From assembly GCF_000143415.4 (NCBI RefSeq), contig NW_003314280.1:496001-560000 (forward strand): a stretch of 64,000 bases of DNA, in the 5' to 3' direction. Shown piece by piece: positions 45,759 to 57,935 of the stretch (positions within the stretch are counted from its first letter, which is position 1; each line of letters begins with the position of its first letter). The DNA comes from Selaginella moellendorffii (lineage: Eukaryota > Plantae > Lycopodiophyta). A model generated the notes under the pieces. That model did no database searches. It was not told the origin of the DNA and saw only the letters and a program-made list of their open reading frames with translations. The translations under genes and the position numbers were made by a program.

Positions 45759-46824
45759 TTACATGATGGTGCATCTGCTCCGGCTCTCCTCCGGAGCTCC
45801 ATTCTGCTGAAGAAGACGCCTCGACTCGGATGGTGTGTAGGAAAACTCCCCGGCATACTGGAGAAATCAAAATGTTTGCATTGTGAACGCTGAAATGAGA
45901 TCGAAGAAAAAAATTTGAGAACCTTGTCTCTCAGCTTGGTGCTCCGTGTCGATGATAGCTCTGGTGGCGATCCTTGACGCCGAACGTTTGATCTTGTCGG
46001 AGGTCTAACGTAGTCGTCGTCACTGTCATAGCCGGACCTGTTAAAGTCGCCGATCACGGCTCTCAGGATCATTCCAAAGAGGAGGCCCAGAACCTGTGCA
46101 AGACATTCTCGGAAAATACCAAGAGGAAAAAAAAAGAGATACCTCCACAATGACAACGGTCAACCCGATCCACTTGCAGAACTCGGCGTTTTTCTCCACA
46201 AACTTCCTGATGCTGTGGATTTCACCAGTGGGATCTTTTGGAAAGTCCTGGATACGAGCCTTGAGAAAACAAAAACAAAAAGGGAAGAACGAGATAATTA
46301 CCCGTTCCCATGACTTGTCGAAGAAAATGGTGGCAGCGAGAGCTGCTTGGAGCAGAAGAAAAATTCCCAAGAACACAGAGCTCTGCAAAACAGAAAAAGT
46401 TCCATTCGACACAAGAAAAGAAAATTGGAGAAACTTACGCAGCACAGGCAGCATCCACTGGCAGCTTCGGCCGCAACGTATCCCGAGAAAGAGATTATGC
46501 AAACAAAGATGCCAACTCCCATGAACGCGTACACAAACCTTACACAAAGCAAAAGAGAAAAAAAAATCTGAGTAGTAGTAAAAATTACAGGCAATACCAT
46601 GGAACCGGAAGAGAGAGCTCCACTCCAATCCGCGACGAATTTGCCATCGCCCCCAGCAGCTCGGATCGAACAACCGGCAAAGAATTCAATCCATCGTCGT
46701 CATCCCCGTGCTTGTGGAGCTGATTGAGCATCCACACCGAGTAGAGGATCATACCTAGCCCAATCACGAACAGCAGCAAGTTGAGGAGCTTGACGACGAT
46801 CTGGAGGCATCCCCGGCATTTCAT
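45759..46824 (-). CDS. Tetraspanin-like TOM2A-family protein
   Basis: MKCRGCLQ.VVKLLN, PWF.YAFMGVG, GCCLC, DPTGE..IRKFVEKN..FCKW, DSDDDY, spliced C-terminus ending in CaaX (CTIM). Confidence 0.85.
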
Positions 46825-46971
46825 CTTGCGCGCGCGGCCGAGCGATGGAGCTATGGCGCAATGGCGCAGCGTGGCGCACGGCACAGATCTACCAGCTAAG
46901 CTAAATTTGCTTCCTCCAAAAAATAGGGCTCTTGTATTGGGTCTTTAAAATCTTAAATTTAAGGGAACTTT

Positions 46972-49964
46972 TTAACTACTGTCGTCCTCGTTCTTCGTAC
47001 TGCGATGGTTTATCTTTTGTGCGCGATACAAATCCACTACCTGAGAATGCAAAGAAGGATGTTATATATTACAATGCAACACGAACAGCCGAAAGAGTGG
47101 AACCTGGTCGGAAGAAGTTGCTTGCTCGGGTTTTTTATCCTCCCTCATTCTTAGCAGCCGAGGAAATCGAAGAGAGATGCCCTGGCAATGCAAAAGAATG
47201 GAGATGGAGAATTCCTTTTTGTCACTACAAAGAACATACCTTGCTTGTCTCCAGCTCGCCATACGCAGCTTTGTGCACGGGACTGATGCTTAGATCAGCA
47301 GCCTTCACCTCCCAGACCTGCAAAAAGCCTTAGCTCTCGAATCCAACTTCTTCTCAAACTTCTGCCAGTACCTCTACAGGATCGAACCAAACGTCCACCG
47401 CAAGCGTTTCACCGTATCGGTAGTAAGGCTAAAGCGCAAGGATTAAGTGGAAACATTAAGTGGAAACTATGGGGCGAATACGTACCCTTGGAGTGTCAAT
47501 GACGTGCTTTCGAAGAGTGTTGGACCGCTCCTCGAGAACAGCTTCAGTAAAGCCCGTGCCTGCACAAGCGTGGTTTTAGTCGAAGTGATTCAGGAGCTGT
47601 GCGCAATCTACCAATTTTGCAAATGCTTTGGTATTCCTCCTTGTCGGGATCATAGCATGCCAAGAGGAACGCACCATAGACGCCTGTTCAGTAAAACGTG
47701 TAGCAAGAAAAAAAAGTACAAGAGAATGCAGTCTTACCAACTCGCTTTCCTCGCCCATGGAATGCACCGATCGGAACCAAGTCCAGCGAATCTCCTATGC
47801 TGAGAAACAGAAGTTTAGCTTTGAAGAAAAACAAGGAAAGAAAGCAATGCTTACGTATCCATGTAATCCTTTTTGAGCTTCAGCCAATTGTTTGAGCGCT
47901 TTGCGGGCTCATACGTCGCATCCTTCTCGAGTGTCTTGACAATTAGTCCCTCGCAACTGCGCCACACAAGTCAGACTATCGAAACCCAACCACGATAGAG
48001 ACGAAACCTATGATTGATGGCATCGTCCAGAAAGCTCTGAATCTCTTCCAGCTCTTTGGAGTTTGTTGCGGTTGCAAACTGGAACTCTCCAGGTTTCTCG
48101 ATAAAGGATTGATATAAGAGCTGTGAAAACGTCCAAAAGTTAAGTCGCAAAGCTCAGAAAGAGTCTAACCTCGCGCCTTCTAACAAGTTGTTCTTGCAAT
48201 AGTACTCTACCATTTAGATATAAGAGATCAAACGCAAATATGAGAACTTTCACTTTGATATCACTTAAAATAACGCCCTTCCTTGCCCGCGTGCTCAAGA
48301 CCTACAAAAAATACTTAATTTCAAACAATGAAAAGCTGATCGCATCTTACTTGAAAAGGCAGGATCTTGTTGCTTTCCTTGTCATATGCAACTATCTCGC
48401 AATCCATTACAAATGAAGACACCTCCGGTTTCATATAGCTGTATCAAGAAAATCAAGCATGTCTCGTAGGAAACAAAAATACAATTCGTACCCACTTATG
48501 GAAGAAGTTACATCTGGAAACTTCCCAGTGTTGCGCTCTGCATTTCTGCTATAGACTTCGACCCTGCCATCCTCGAAGTAATGAATCTGTGAAGCGCACG
48601 TAAGAATAAGCAAAAAAAAATGTTCTTAGCTACCTGTGCTCTTTCTCCATCGTACTTGTATTCACAAGTAAACACGGTGTTCTGGAACTTGTCCAGGATT
48701 TCCGATACACCTTTTGTGGGCTTTGCAAGCATGGGCCCAACCGGAACCCCTACTGTAAACGCACAAACTTCAGGTAGCTTGGAGATACCATCTGTCAGTA
48801 AAATAGGTACTATCTTCTCAAAAATTGGAAGAACCGAGTACGTTTGTTTCATAATCTCCGCTGCCTGTTTATCAAAAGAACATGTGAGCTACAAGATATA
48901 CAGACGAGAAGCACAAACTATATCACCTCTTCTAGCCGACCTGGGAGCATTGAACTAGATACAGGTGGCTGCTCCGCATATACTGCGGCTTGAGCTAATG
49001 CAACCAAAACGGTGGCCTCTGCAAGTCCAACACGAAGCTTTGCCTGAAATTTTAAGAAAAAGAAACGTTGGAAAAGTCCATCAAATGAACCAACTCACCT
49101 GAAGCAACCGCACGAGGTATTGAGGTTCACAATCAGTCGCAGCAACAAGAAGCGACTTCATTCTAGATCTTTTCTTTTCCTGGCTATCCTTGCCACTTTC
49201 CTAGTGGAAGAAAGCTTTAGAAAGTAAATAGAGTTATAAAGATCGACTCTACCTTGGCTATGGAGCGGAAGGTTTCCAGTACTTTTGCGCAGGTTAAAGG
49301 AGGATGTTTGAACATCAGTCTTTGCGTTGAGCGACTGGCCTTAGCCACAAGTCCCAAGTCTCCAAGAGCCTGCATTCAGCCAGTATAAACAAAAGCTAGA
49401 GGCAATAAAAACCGAACCTTCATCTGGCTCTTTATCTGGTCCTCCTTCCTCCCAAAGGCATCAGCAAGAGCTTTGATGATCGAAGCGTCACCAATTCCAA
49501 GCTCGATACCATCGTGAGCAGGAGCGATTTTATTTGCGGAGAGGTAAACCACCGGAAGCAAGTCCTGCGGCGTCGTTGCTATGACTGTCCGAAAAGCGTT
49601 GCAAAGAATCTCTGTCATGACAAGCCTCCCACTCTCGTTCGAGATCACTGCAAATGAAACTAAGTTTCCGAAAGAGCAAAGACAAAAAAGAGAACTTACT
49701 GTCCATCACTCTTGCGAAGAAGAGGAATGGGACTGGCTCTTTGTCTTCCCAGAACGCTGCTTTCCTTGGATCAAAAGGCTTGGAACGCAGCGCGTCCATA
49801 GCTTGATCCACGCCTGGCATCTCCCCTGTTACCTGTTGAGTGGAAGAAGTGGAAACTTCCCTCGTCCCCTTAGACGAAAGTGGAGCTCGTCCCTTGTTTG
49901 AAGCAGCGGCAGCGCTGCTCCGAGCAGCGCCCATGAGAACATCGGCCACAGTCCTGCCCGACAT
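46972..49964 (-). CDS. LIG1: DNA ligase 1
   Basis: [54 protein letters not shown]; possible upstream presequence ATG at 50141. Confidence 0.95.
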
Positions 49965-50579
49965 CTCTAGAGCGTTTCAATGAGGCAAATCTCTAGAAAG
50001 CTGCGAGAGAATTTACGTGTAGTGTCGGAGACGATTCAGCGATGGGAGAGCTCGGATCGATGGCGCTGCTGCTGCGACGAACAGGCGGCCCTGTAAACAC
50101 GCTCGCAGTGTCGCTGTGGACGCCGATCGCGCCACGAGCATTCTAAAACCCTAATCTACTAAACCCTACAAGATGGAAGCTTTCTTTTTCTTTTTTCCCG
50201 CCATAGCCGCTATTTTACTCCCTGTGAGTGTTCTTCCATGGGCTGGGGCTGCGCTACCGCCGCCAGTCCTCCAGCTTCTTCTTGCTGCTCCAGCGCTCGT
50301 TTGTACCATCGATTCATCGAAAAGATTGTCTGGATCAAACAAATCAATTGATCAAAGCAGAGAGAGAGAGAGAGAGAGAGAGACTAGGGCATATAGACAA
50401 TCGAGAATTTCGAGACGAAGAGAGAAGAGGTAGCTTAGCTGCATTACCTGAATGCCGGCAGCCCAGGCGAGGAGCACCGCCACTCCGACAGTGCGCTGAT
50501 CAAACTTCATTCACGCCTAGGGTTTATGGCTCGGTCGAAGAGGTTTTTAGCAAAAAAACGAGACAACGCTAGCTAAGAT

Positions 50580-50821
50580 CTAGAATTCCTCCTCCAGATC
50601 GTCGCTAGGCCTCTCTTCTCTGATCGGCGCTGCTGGAATTTGCTCCACCTCGTCCACTCTCCCAAACTTCTCATTGAACCCGGGCTGCCGTTTGAGCCAA
50701 GACATATGCGCCTACAAACGAAGAAAAGAAAGAGGTCTCTTGCCTCTAAATCATCTTCGCAAACCTGTAACGCGGCAGCCCAGATGATGAGAACAGTAGC
50801 CGCGATCGCTCTCTTGTTCAT
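50580..50821 (-). CDS. Small single-TM protein (about 62 aa; intron 50712-50764)
   Basis: Spliced product MNKRAIAATVLIIWAAALQ|AHMSWLKRQPGFNEKFG...EEEF; GT-AG intron in phase 0; an upstream exon is possible. Confidence 0.5.
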
Positions 50822-51597
50822 CCCTCTAAAATCGAGTAAGTATACAGAAAGCTTAAGAAAGGAATATCTTACAATATATTCTTTACACCCTTTGGTTTAA
50901 TCTAGTGACTGATTTTAATTTTTTTTCTCTAATCATATTTAGCTCTTCCTAATGAGAAGGATCGCGGTTTTACCATAGCGCTGCCTCCATGATTAATTAT
51001 CGTTGAGAATGTTGCCAATGGGGGTAGCATATGCAATTGCTTTATGCCACCAGACATCACACGGGTGATATTTATTTATATAAAGACGGACATATGGATT
51101 GCTATAATCATGTGATAATAGATTTTCCTGCTTTACTTTCTTTTCGTTCCATCTTGATAATTTTTTACACAGTAAGAAATTTTGATGCAATAATAAGCAA
51201 CCTCAAGTGAAATCACCAAGACTAAAATTTGCAATTACACTACAATTTTATTGCTCATTATTGCCCAAGTGAAATTTAGACCGAATGTTATATTTTAATA
51301 CTTTATTTCACTCTATTATTTATTTATATAACTACTGCTTTGCACTTCTTCAGAGTTCCCTACTGTCTCGTTTTTGTTCTAAATGTTATGTTTTGCTTGA
51401 AGCCTTTTACTATGATCCAGTTGCCAAAAAACTGCCTAACTTGCAAGGGCAGAACTCATCACACACTGATACTAATATGGTCATCATGCAAACTTCAAGG
51501 CTTCTAGATTCTGAAGCATGGGGTAAGCATCTTAATAAGGCAAAGGGGAAAGTGTTGATAGATAGGATTCTATTATTGGACAGTTCGCTAAACGTTT

Positions 51598-52613
51598 CTA
51601 GTGAAACTCGCAATCGTCACTGAGATCGCGATGCCAAATTTTAGCTGCAAACTCGTCCACATCAGGGACGCATGTGTTTCCTTTGTCAACACCGGGTGGA
51701 TCCGCCCACTTAATTAGCGGGTCTGGATCCTCAACCAGAAATGCCATCATTTGCCTTCCCCGAATGACAGTGCCCTCCACAATTCCAATCACCATCAGGA
51801 TGTCCTCGTCGTTGGGCGGATAGAACCTCCAAGTCACCGCCGGCGTGATGTTCCTAGGAAAGGCCAGAGTCTCTAAAACAAGAAAGGAAAAGAGGAAAGA
51901 AAAGATACCGAACGTCCGTCACCTTGCAGAACTTGTTGCCAGTTTTGTCCTCCTTAAACAGTGAACAAAAGTCTCTCAAAAGCTTCCAGACTTCCAAAAG
52001 CTTTCTCACGCCATACCTGTGGCTCTCCAACTTGAAGATCCGCATCGCTTGGAGGCGGGAGGTCTCGGTTAACGGTAACATGAAACAGCCTCCTCACACC
52101 GTCCTTGGCCTGCGCATGGTCCACCACACCCTGATCGCGATGCCAGATGCGAGCTACAAACGCATCCACGTCGGGGATGCATGTCTCCGAAAATCGAACT
52201 TTGGGACGAAGAAGCGGCTCGGGATCCTCGATCAGGTAAGCGACTCTGACCATTCCCGGAACCTCGGAATGCATTATTCCCAGCACGAGCAACACCCCGT
52301 CCGCGTTGGGTGGATAAAACCTCCAGGCGACCCGTATCATACGAATCTTCCTGCTCACACACAATTCTCTTTGTTTTAGAGACAGAGAGAGAGAGAGAGT
52401 CAAACAAACCTGGTGTCGGTAACAGGGCAGAATTTGTTCCCACGTTTATCTGCCTGATCATAGAAAACCAGTCAATTTGCGATATGAGGAAAAGGCAACA
52501 GAGACCTGTAGCTGGCCAACTTGTAGATCCGAGTCGTTTGGAAGAGGACGAGAAGAGGTGTGCTGCGCTCGCTCAAATACCCTCCTCACTGCGTCCTTAG
52601 CCTGCGCCTCCAT
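51598..52613 (-). CDS. Uncharacterised 261-aa protein of two tandem homologous domains; exons 52613-52506, 52453-52410, 52350-52017, 51952-51909, 51853-51598
   Basis: Five GT-AG-joined exons total 786 nt in one open frame; repeated motifs AQAKDxVRR, DLQVG, GNKFCxVTD, WRFYPPN, EDP.PL, TC.PDVD.F.A.IWHRD. Confidence 0.8.
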
Positions 52614-54446
52614 CCCTTGTTGCCGAATTGCCCTAACGCTTTACGTGCTCTAAACGCTTTACGTGCACGTACACGTAAAGCCCAGACATAGAGCTGTTGA
52701 ACCGGATCGATTTCATGCCTGGATAATATGTTCTCTCTCAACATTGAGACCGCATCTCACACACCATAGAAGTCTAGCGAAACTCCTCGACCTCGAATGG
52801 CCAGTGCTGCTCGTGCCTCCCTCCATGGTGACTTCTACGCCTCAAGGGAAGCAAGCGAAAGCAAGCTTAAATACTATTTAGTACTCTCTAGTCACCTCCC
52901 AACTACTACTGTTACCCGGAGGCACATTAATATTCTAAACTAACACGATCTTGCTTTTCTCAGGAAGCTTTTGGGCGCTTCTGTCGCGGATCGTCCGCAA
53001 ACTTTTCTGCGAACTTGAAGAAATGTCGCATCATCAGTACGTTTGGTTTGTCCTCGTATTTCTTATCGAAGACCAATAAAGCAGAGCTACCGGTTTCGCA
53101 GCAGCTTTCCCCACTCGGATTCAAACAGAACCTGCGCAAGATGCGCACAAAGAAATGACACTGCAAGTAGAAGGAGAATGGATGGCGTACCTGACATAGC
53201 AACCAGTTATTCATCGTGTAAGGTTCACGTTTTGATGGAACCAAGCCTACATCTGGATCCGCTGTGAGACTCATAGTTGCATACACAAATGCCAGGTGAC
53301 ACGCCCGCAGTCCAGTGCTCGGGCCCTGTCCTTCATTTGTGCGAGAACCTGGTCTGGTGCTGGATGTATTGATGCCGACAGAGAAGCACATGTTGCTGCT
53401 TGCCAGTAGGCTGTGGCAAAACGCTCCTTCCTTTTCTTATGTCCCTCCTCTAGAGGTTCAACTCGTGCAACAGTTGTAAGAATTGATTCATTTCAGAATC
53501 ACGAATGTGTCTTACCAAGCCCCTTAGACGTTTGGAATTGTCACTTCACTGTTGCACCAATTAATATCTCCATGGAGAGTAATTGGTCTGGAGGATTGCC
53601 AAAGAGCTCACTCGCTGGTGAGGAGGCCAACATGAGCTACCAGACATGGCAGTTGATGGCACTCCCAGAGGGAGTGCCATCAACGAGAGTTTAACATTGT
53701 ATTGCTAGAAAGAGTTGCTCAAGACCCTCAGTGTTGAGTGAGAAGCAATGATGCTGCAAGCAACAAATAGTAGATACTAGAGAAGTAGAGAAAACTAAGC
53801 TATAGGAAGAATTCCCAGAGTCAAGAGCTTTATTTTTGTGGGAATTTCCCTAGTTAAAGGGAAGATTCTCAAGAGGATGTAGAGTTGTAACAGCAAAGGC
53901 TACAAAAATCGTTAGCAGCAGCTTTCACTAGGAGAATGTGTCATCTAGAGTTCAATGAGTGTCCAAAAGTCTTTAAGGATGATTTAGGTGATGAGTTTTT
54001 TTGTATGATTTTCTTATCAAATCCTTATGCTCTATCATCTTAGTCTTTATTAGACACGATCTAGGCTCTAGATCTGAAATGCCTTGATCATGAGTGGGAG
54101 GGTTCAGAGGATAAAATGATGTAATATGTAGTTATATCTATATGGTAAATTGCTCTTGTATTTATAACAATTGCATCCATGCATCATTCCCATTGTTTTC
54201 ACCAGGAAGGATATAAAGAACTTTCTTAAACTTCCATGTTACTTGCCATGCTAGGTGTATCCTTCTAACTATTAAATATAAACATTTTCTTACAAGTCTC
54301 TAGGAAAGAAATTTGAGTAATCTCAATAATAATTCCTCAATTCTGGATGAATAGCTCTTTAGAATATGCTAAGATGCCAAAATTTTGTACATATTTATAA
54401 GTGCCATAATAGGTTAAATAATTATCCACTTATTTAAATTAAATGT

Positions 54447-57400
54447 TATGAGGTCCAAGTGTACAGCTAGTGTAGTGGGATTTTAGTAGCTATCAGATTG
54501 GTTTCAAGCCGAACCATTCACTTTTATATATAAGTTAGAGTTTTTGGGTTAATTGATATGCACATTTTTTGTATTCTCTTTTTATATTCTATACACTTAT
54601 ATTAGGGGCAACTTTGATTGTCCTTGAGAAATGCTAGGATTAAGATTTTTGTTTAAATCTAGCTTTTACATTGTCTAGTTCTTCCTTTTTTATTTCTTTT
54701 TTCAACTTCTTCTCTTTTGCTCTTTCTTTTTTGTTCATCTTCATGGTAGAGTAGTAGTCTTTTCCTCCTTTAACTCTAGAGTAGCAATTGATGCAATTGC
54801 TCGATGTTATATAATTGTAATTGAACAATTAAACTCAATTTATGGCAACATTCACGACGCGTGGTATAATTCCTTTTGCTCTTACTAGAGTTCTTCCGTG
54901 AGAATCCTAGGGATGATGTGTACCATTAATTCAATCCCTTCACGGTGATTGCCATATATCACATATATCATTTCTGGGATGATACTTGATGTTTGTATGA
55001 GTTTTTCATGTGTTTTCAAGGGACGACATACTGTGGTACGATGGTTTGAGTGCTGCCACTCGTGAGAATTAGAATATTCTCTCAAATATCTTTAAATGCA
55101 CATTTAAACATGTTGACAATTGTGATGATACCTTTTAACAATTGCATCGTCTTTGTCAAAAGCCATTTGATTCAATGATACAATTTAGTGTTTGTTGCTT
55201 GTGCGAAGCCAAATATGTCAGAGCGGATTAAACTGGGAATGTTGTGGCTAACACTTCATCAAGATCTGGTAGAACTTCTGCATGTATTTATTCTAACCAC
55301 CATTGATGGTGCCTTTTGTTTGGCATAACATTATAAAACATCACCTTTTCCACTTTTTGTTGTATGCCCTTTAGCTCTACTTCATGTGGGAGATGATCTT
55401 GTTCCAATAGAAGTTAATCTTACTACTACCTAAGTTCAGGGACTAAGACGAGGATGTGGTCATGGCAATGATGTCCATTGCTAGGCGTGTGATGAAGTTG
55501 GTCACACTTATTGGCATTGTCAGTGTTTTTTGGATTGGATGGAGACCTTGGCTTCAACAATATCCTATTGGTGCTATTGTACTGGAAGGTCTAGACACCA
55601 AAATGCATTCGGGAAATGAGGAGTCACATGAGTAACGGAGGGACCTTGCGCAAATAAGTCAATGACCCATCCATCTTTCTTTCGGGAGTATCATCAAGGG
55701 TTCACTCAGCACCAGTTCATATAGTATTTACTTTCCAAACTTATTTTAACAAAAGGTCTCCCATTATTCTCTTTATGTTGGCTGATACAAGCTCAAGTTT
55801 ATCTTCTATTGCTTGACTTGTTGCCACACATTGCCGTTTATATTTATGTCATGCAGTAGAGCCCGTTTTCATTCATTATGGCAACAATTGTACATATGTA
55901 TATGCACAGGATGAGGTGAACTTAGTTGCGTATATAGGAGATCTCGAGCTTGAGTTGTAAGCATTGCGGGTGGTGCTAAGTCAAGCTTTTGACCTCATCT
56001 TTGGTATGGATTGGTTGTAACATTATCATGTTAAATGTGATTTTAAGACTTCTCCCCCTTGTCTCATACTTCTTGATCTTTTTTCCATTCCTCTCACTTT
56101 TATACCTCTTTAGTCCTCTACTTCCATTACTTCCTCTTAAGTTTTTATCTTGTTCCTCTCTTTCTTTATCCGATCCCTCCAACAGTCGTTATGTTGTAGC
56201 AGTTGACTGAATCATGAAGGAGTATGCCAATCTTTTTGAATTTGACTTATTTTATGGGGCCAAGATTGCAACACGTCATCCTATTCCAACTAGGGATGCT
56301 CATCCCATCAAGGTTCTTGTTTATCATCAATCACTTAAAGAAATCAAGATTTTATATACAAATATCAAGAAGATGTTAGGAAAGGGAGTTATTTGAAAGT
56401 TATGGAGTCGTTGGGCATGTGAACCTCATCTTGTGACAAAGCCTGATGCAAGTATTCATTTCTTCATTGACTATCGTCCGTTAAACAAAGTGACAATCTT
56501 GGATATGTACGCTCTTCCTCACACTGCTGATCTCTTGGATTGTCTGGGGAGAAGTTGTTAATTCACCAAGTTAAATTTTGTTTTTGAGTATTAGCAAATA
56601 CTAATGGTTGAAGAAGATATTCCTAAGACTATTTTTCATACACTATTTAGTTTGTACTAGTTTTTGATGATGCCGTTTGGTTTGAACAATGTTCCAACAA
56701 CTTTCCAAAGGATGGTGGATGAGGTTCTTTATAATATGTCAAAGGTGACTATTGACTTCATCAATGATGTCTTGATCCACTCAAAAAGAACATGGGAGGA
56801 ATATGCCCTTGATGTTCGTAAGGTGTTAGATTGGCTACGGGAAGTTGGTTTAAAGCTGAAGTAGTCAAAATGCGTGTTTGGGTCCAAAGACATGATTTAT
56901 CTTGAGTATTGTATTTTTCATGAGGGTTTATAAGTTGATTCTAACAAACTTGTGGCTATTTTAAAGTTCCCTACTCCAAAATGTATGAATGATGTGTAAT
57001 GCTTCTTAGGCAAGGTGCAATATCTTAGTCATTTTGTTGATCATCTTTCTGATCACACAGTACTATTGTGAGAGTCGCTGAAGTCATCAACCTCATTTTT
57101 CATCTAGTTTACAGACTATAAGTGGGCATTCACAAATTTTAAAGAGCTATTGATAACTCCTTTTAATTTTGGCATATCCTAATTACACTTGACTTTTCAT
57201 TTTGTGCATAGATGCTTCTGATATCAACTTTAGTGGTGTGTTGATGCAAGAGAGTCCAAGTGTGATTGGTTAGTGCCATTTGATTAGATATATCAACCGT
57301 ACATTACAACTATTAAAGGTGAACTACTCCACGACAAAGGAAAAGTGTTTAGCAGTAGTTTAGGGTTTCGAGAAACTTCATACATATTTACATGGTTCTC

Positions 57401-57935
57401 AGACATTACTAAAAGGTGGCCATACTACAGTTATTTCATTATTGAATCAGAAGAATTTGGTTGGCTGTACTATTTGATAAGTTTTGAAGCTTCAAATATA
57501 TAATTTTGATGTTGTTCATCTAATACTAATGCTCTTTCTTGAGCTCCTCTTCCTTTTTCATTCTCTTCTCATGTTTCTAATGCCAGCATCTATGGATTTT
57601 TTGGATGAGGATTCCGTGGTATTGCCAATTGTTGTACTTGATGTTCAGTGTTCATAAGGTGCAGAGCAAGATTTACCTTTTTCTAGTGAGGTTCACGAGG
57701 CCCAAAAGATTGAGCCATGGATTCGAAGGCTTTGTAATGGGTTTGAGAATCTTGCATCAGTTCCTGATAACTTGCCATTTCAGCATTTACATTCTCAATA
57801 TCACCTTGAAGATGGTCTTCTTTATTTTTTGGGGATAGATCCTAATGATCATTTATGGTTAATGGTGCCTTTGATCTTTATTCCACATTTTCTCCATGCC
57901 TACCATAATTCTCCTATTATATGTAGGCATATAAG
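54447..57935 (+). mobile_element. Decayed family B gypsy element (5' LTR ~54447-54601 through start of integrase), interrupted by family A copy 2
   Basis: Collinear with 13073-16770; pervasive C>T/G>A substitutions and stops. Confidence 0.9.

Noticed and set aside
52960-53694. Possible gene fragment on the minus strand (143-aa ORF with an intron-like segment)
   Set aside because: Could not build a consistent spliced frame or recognise a domain.
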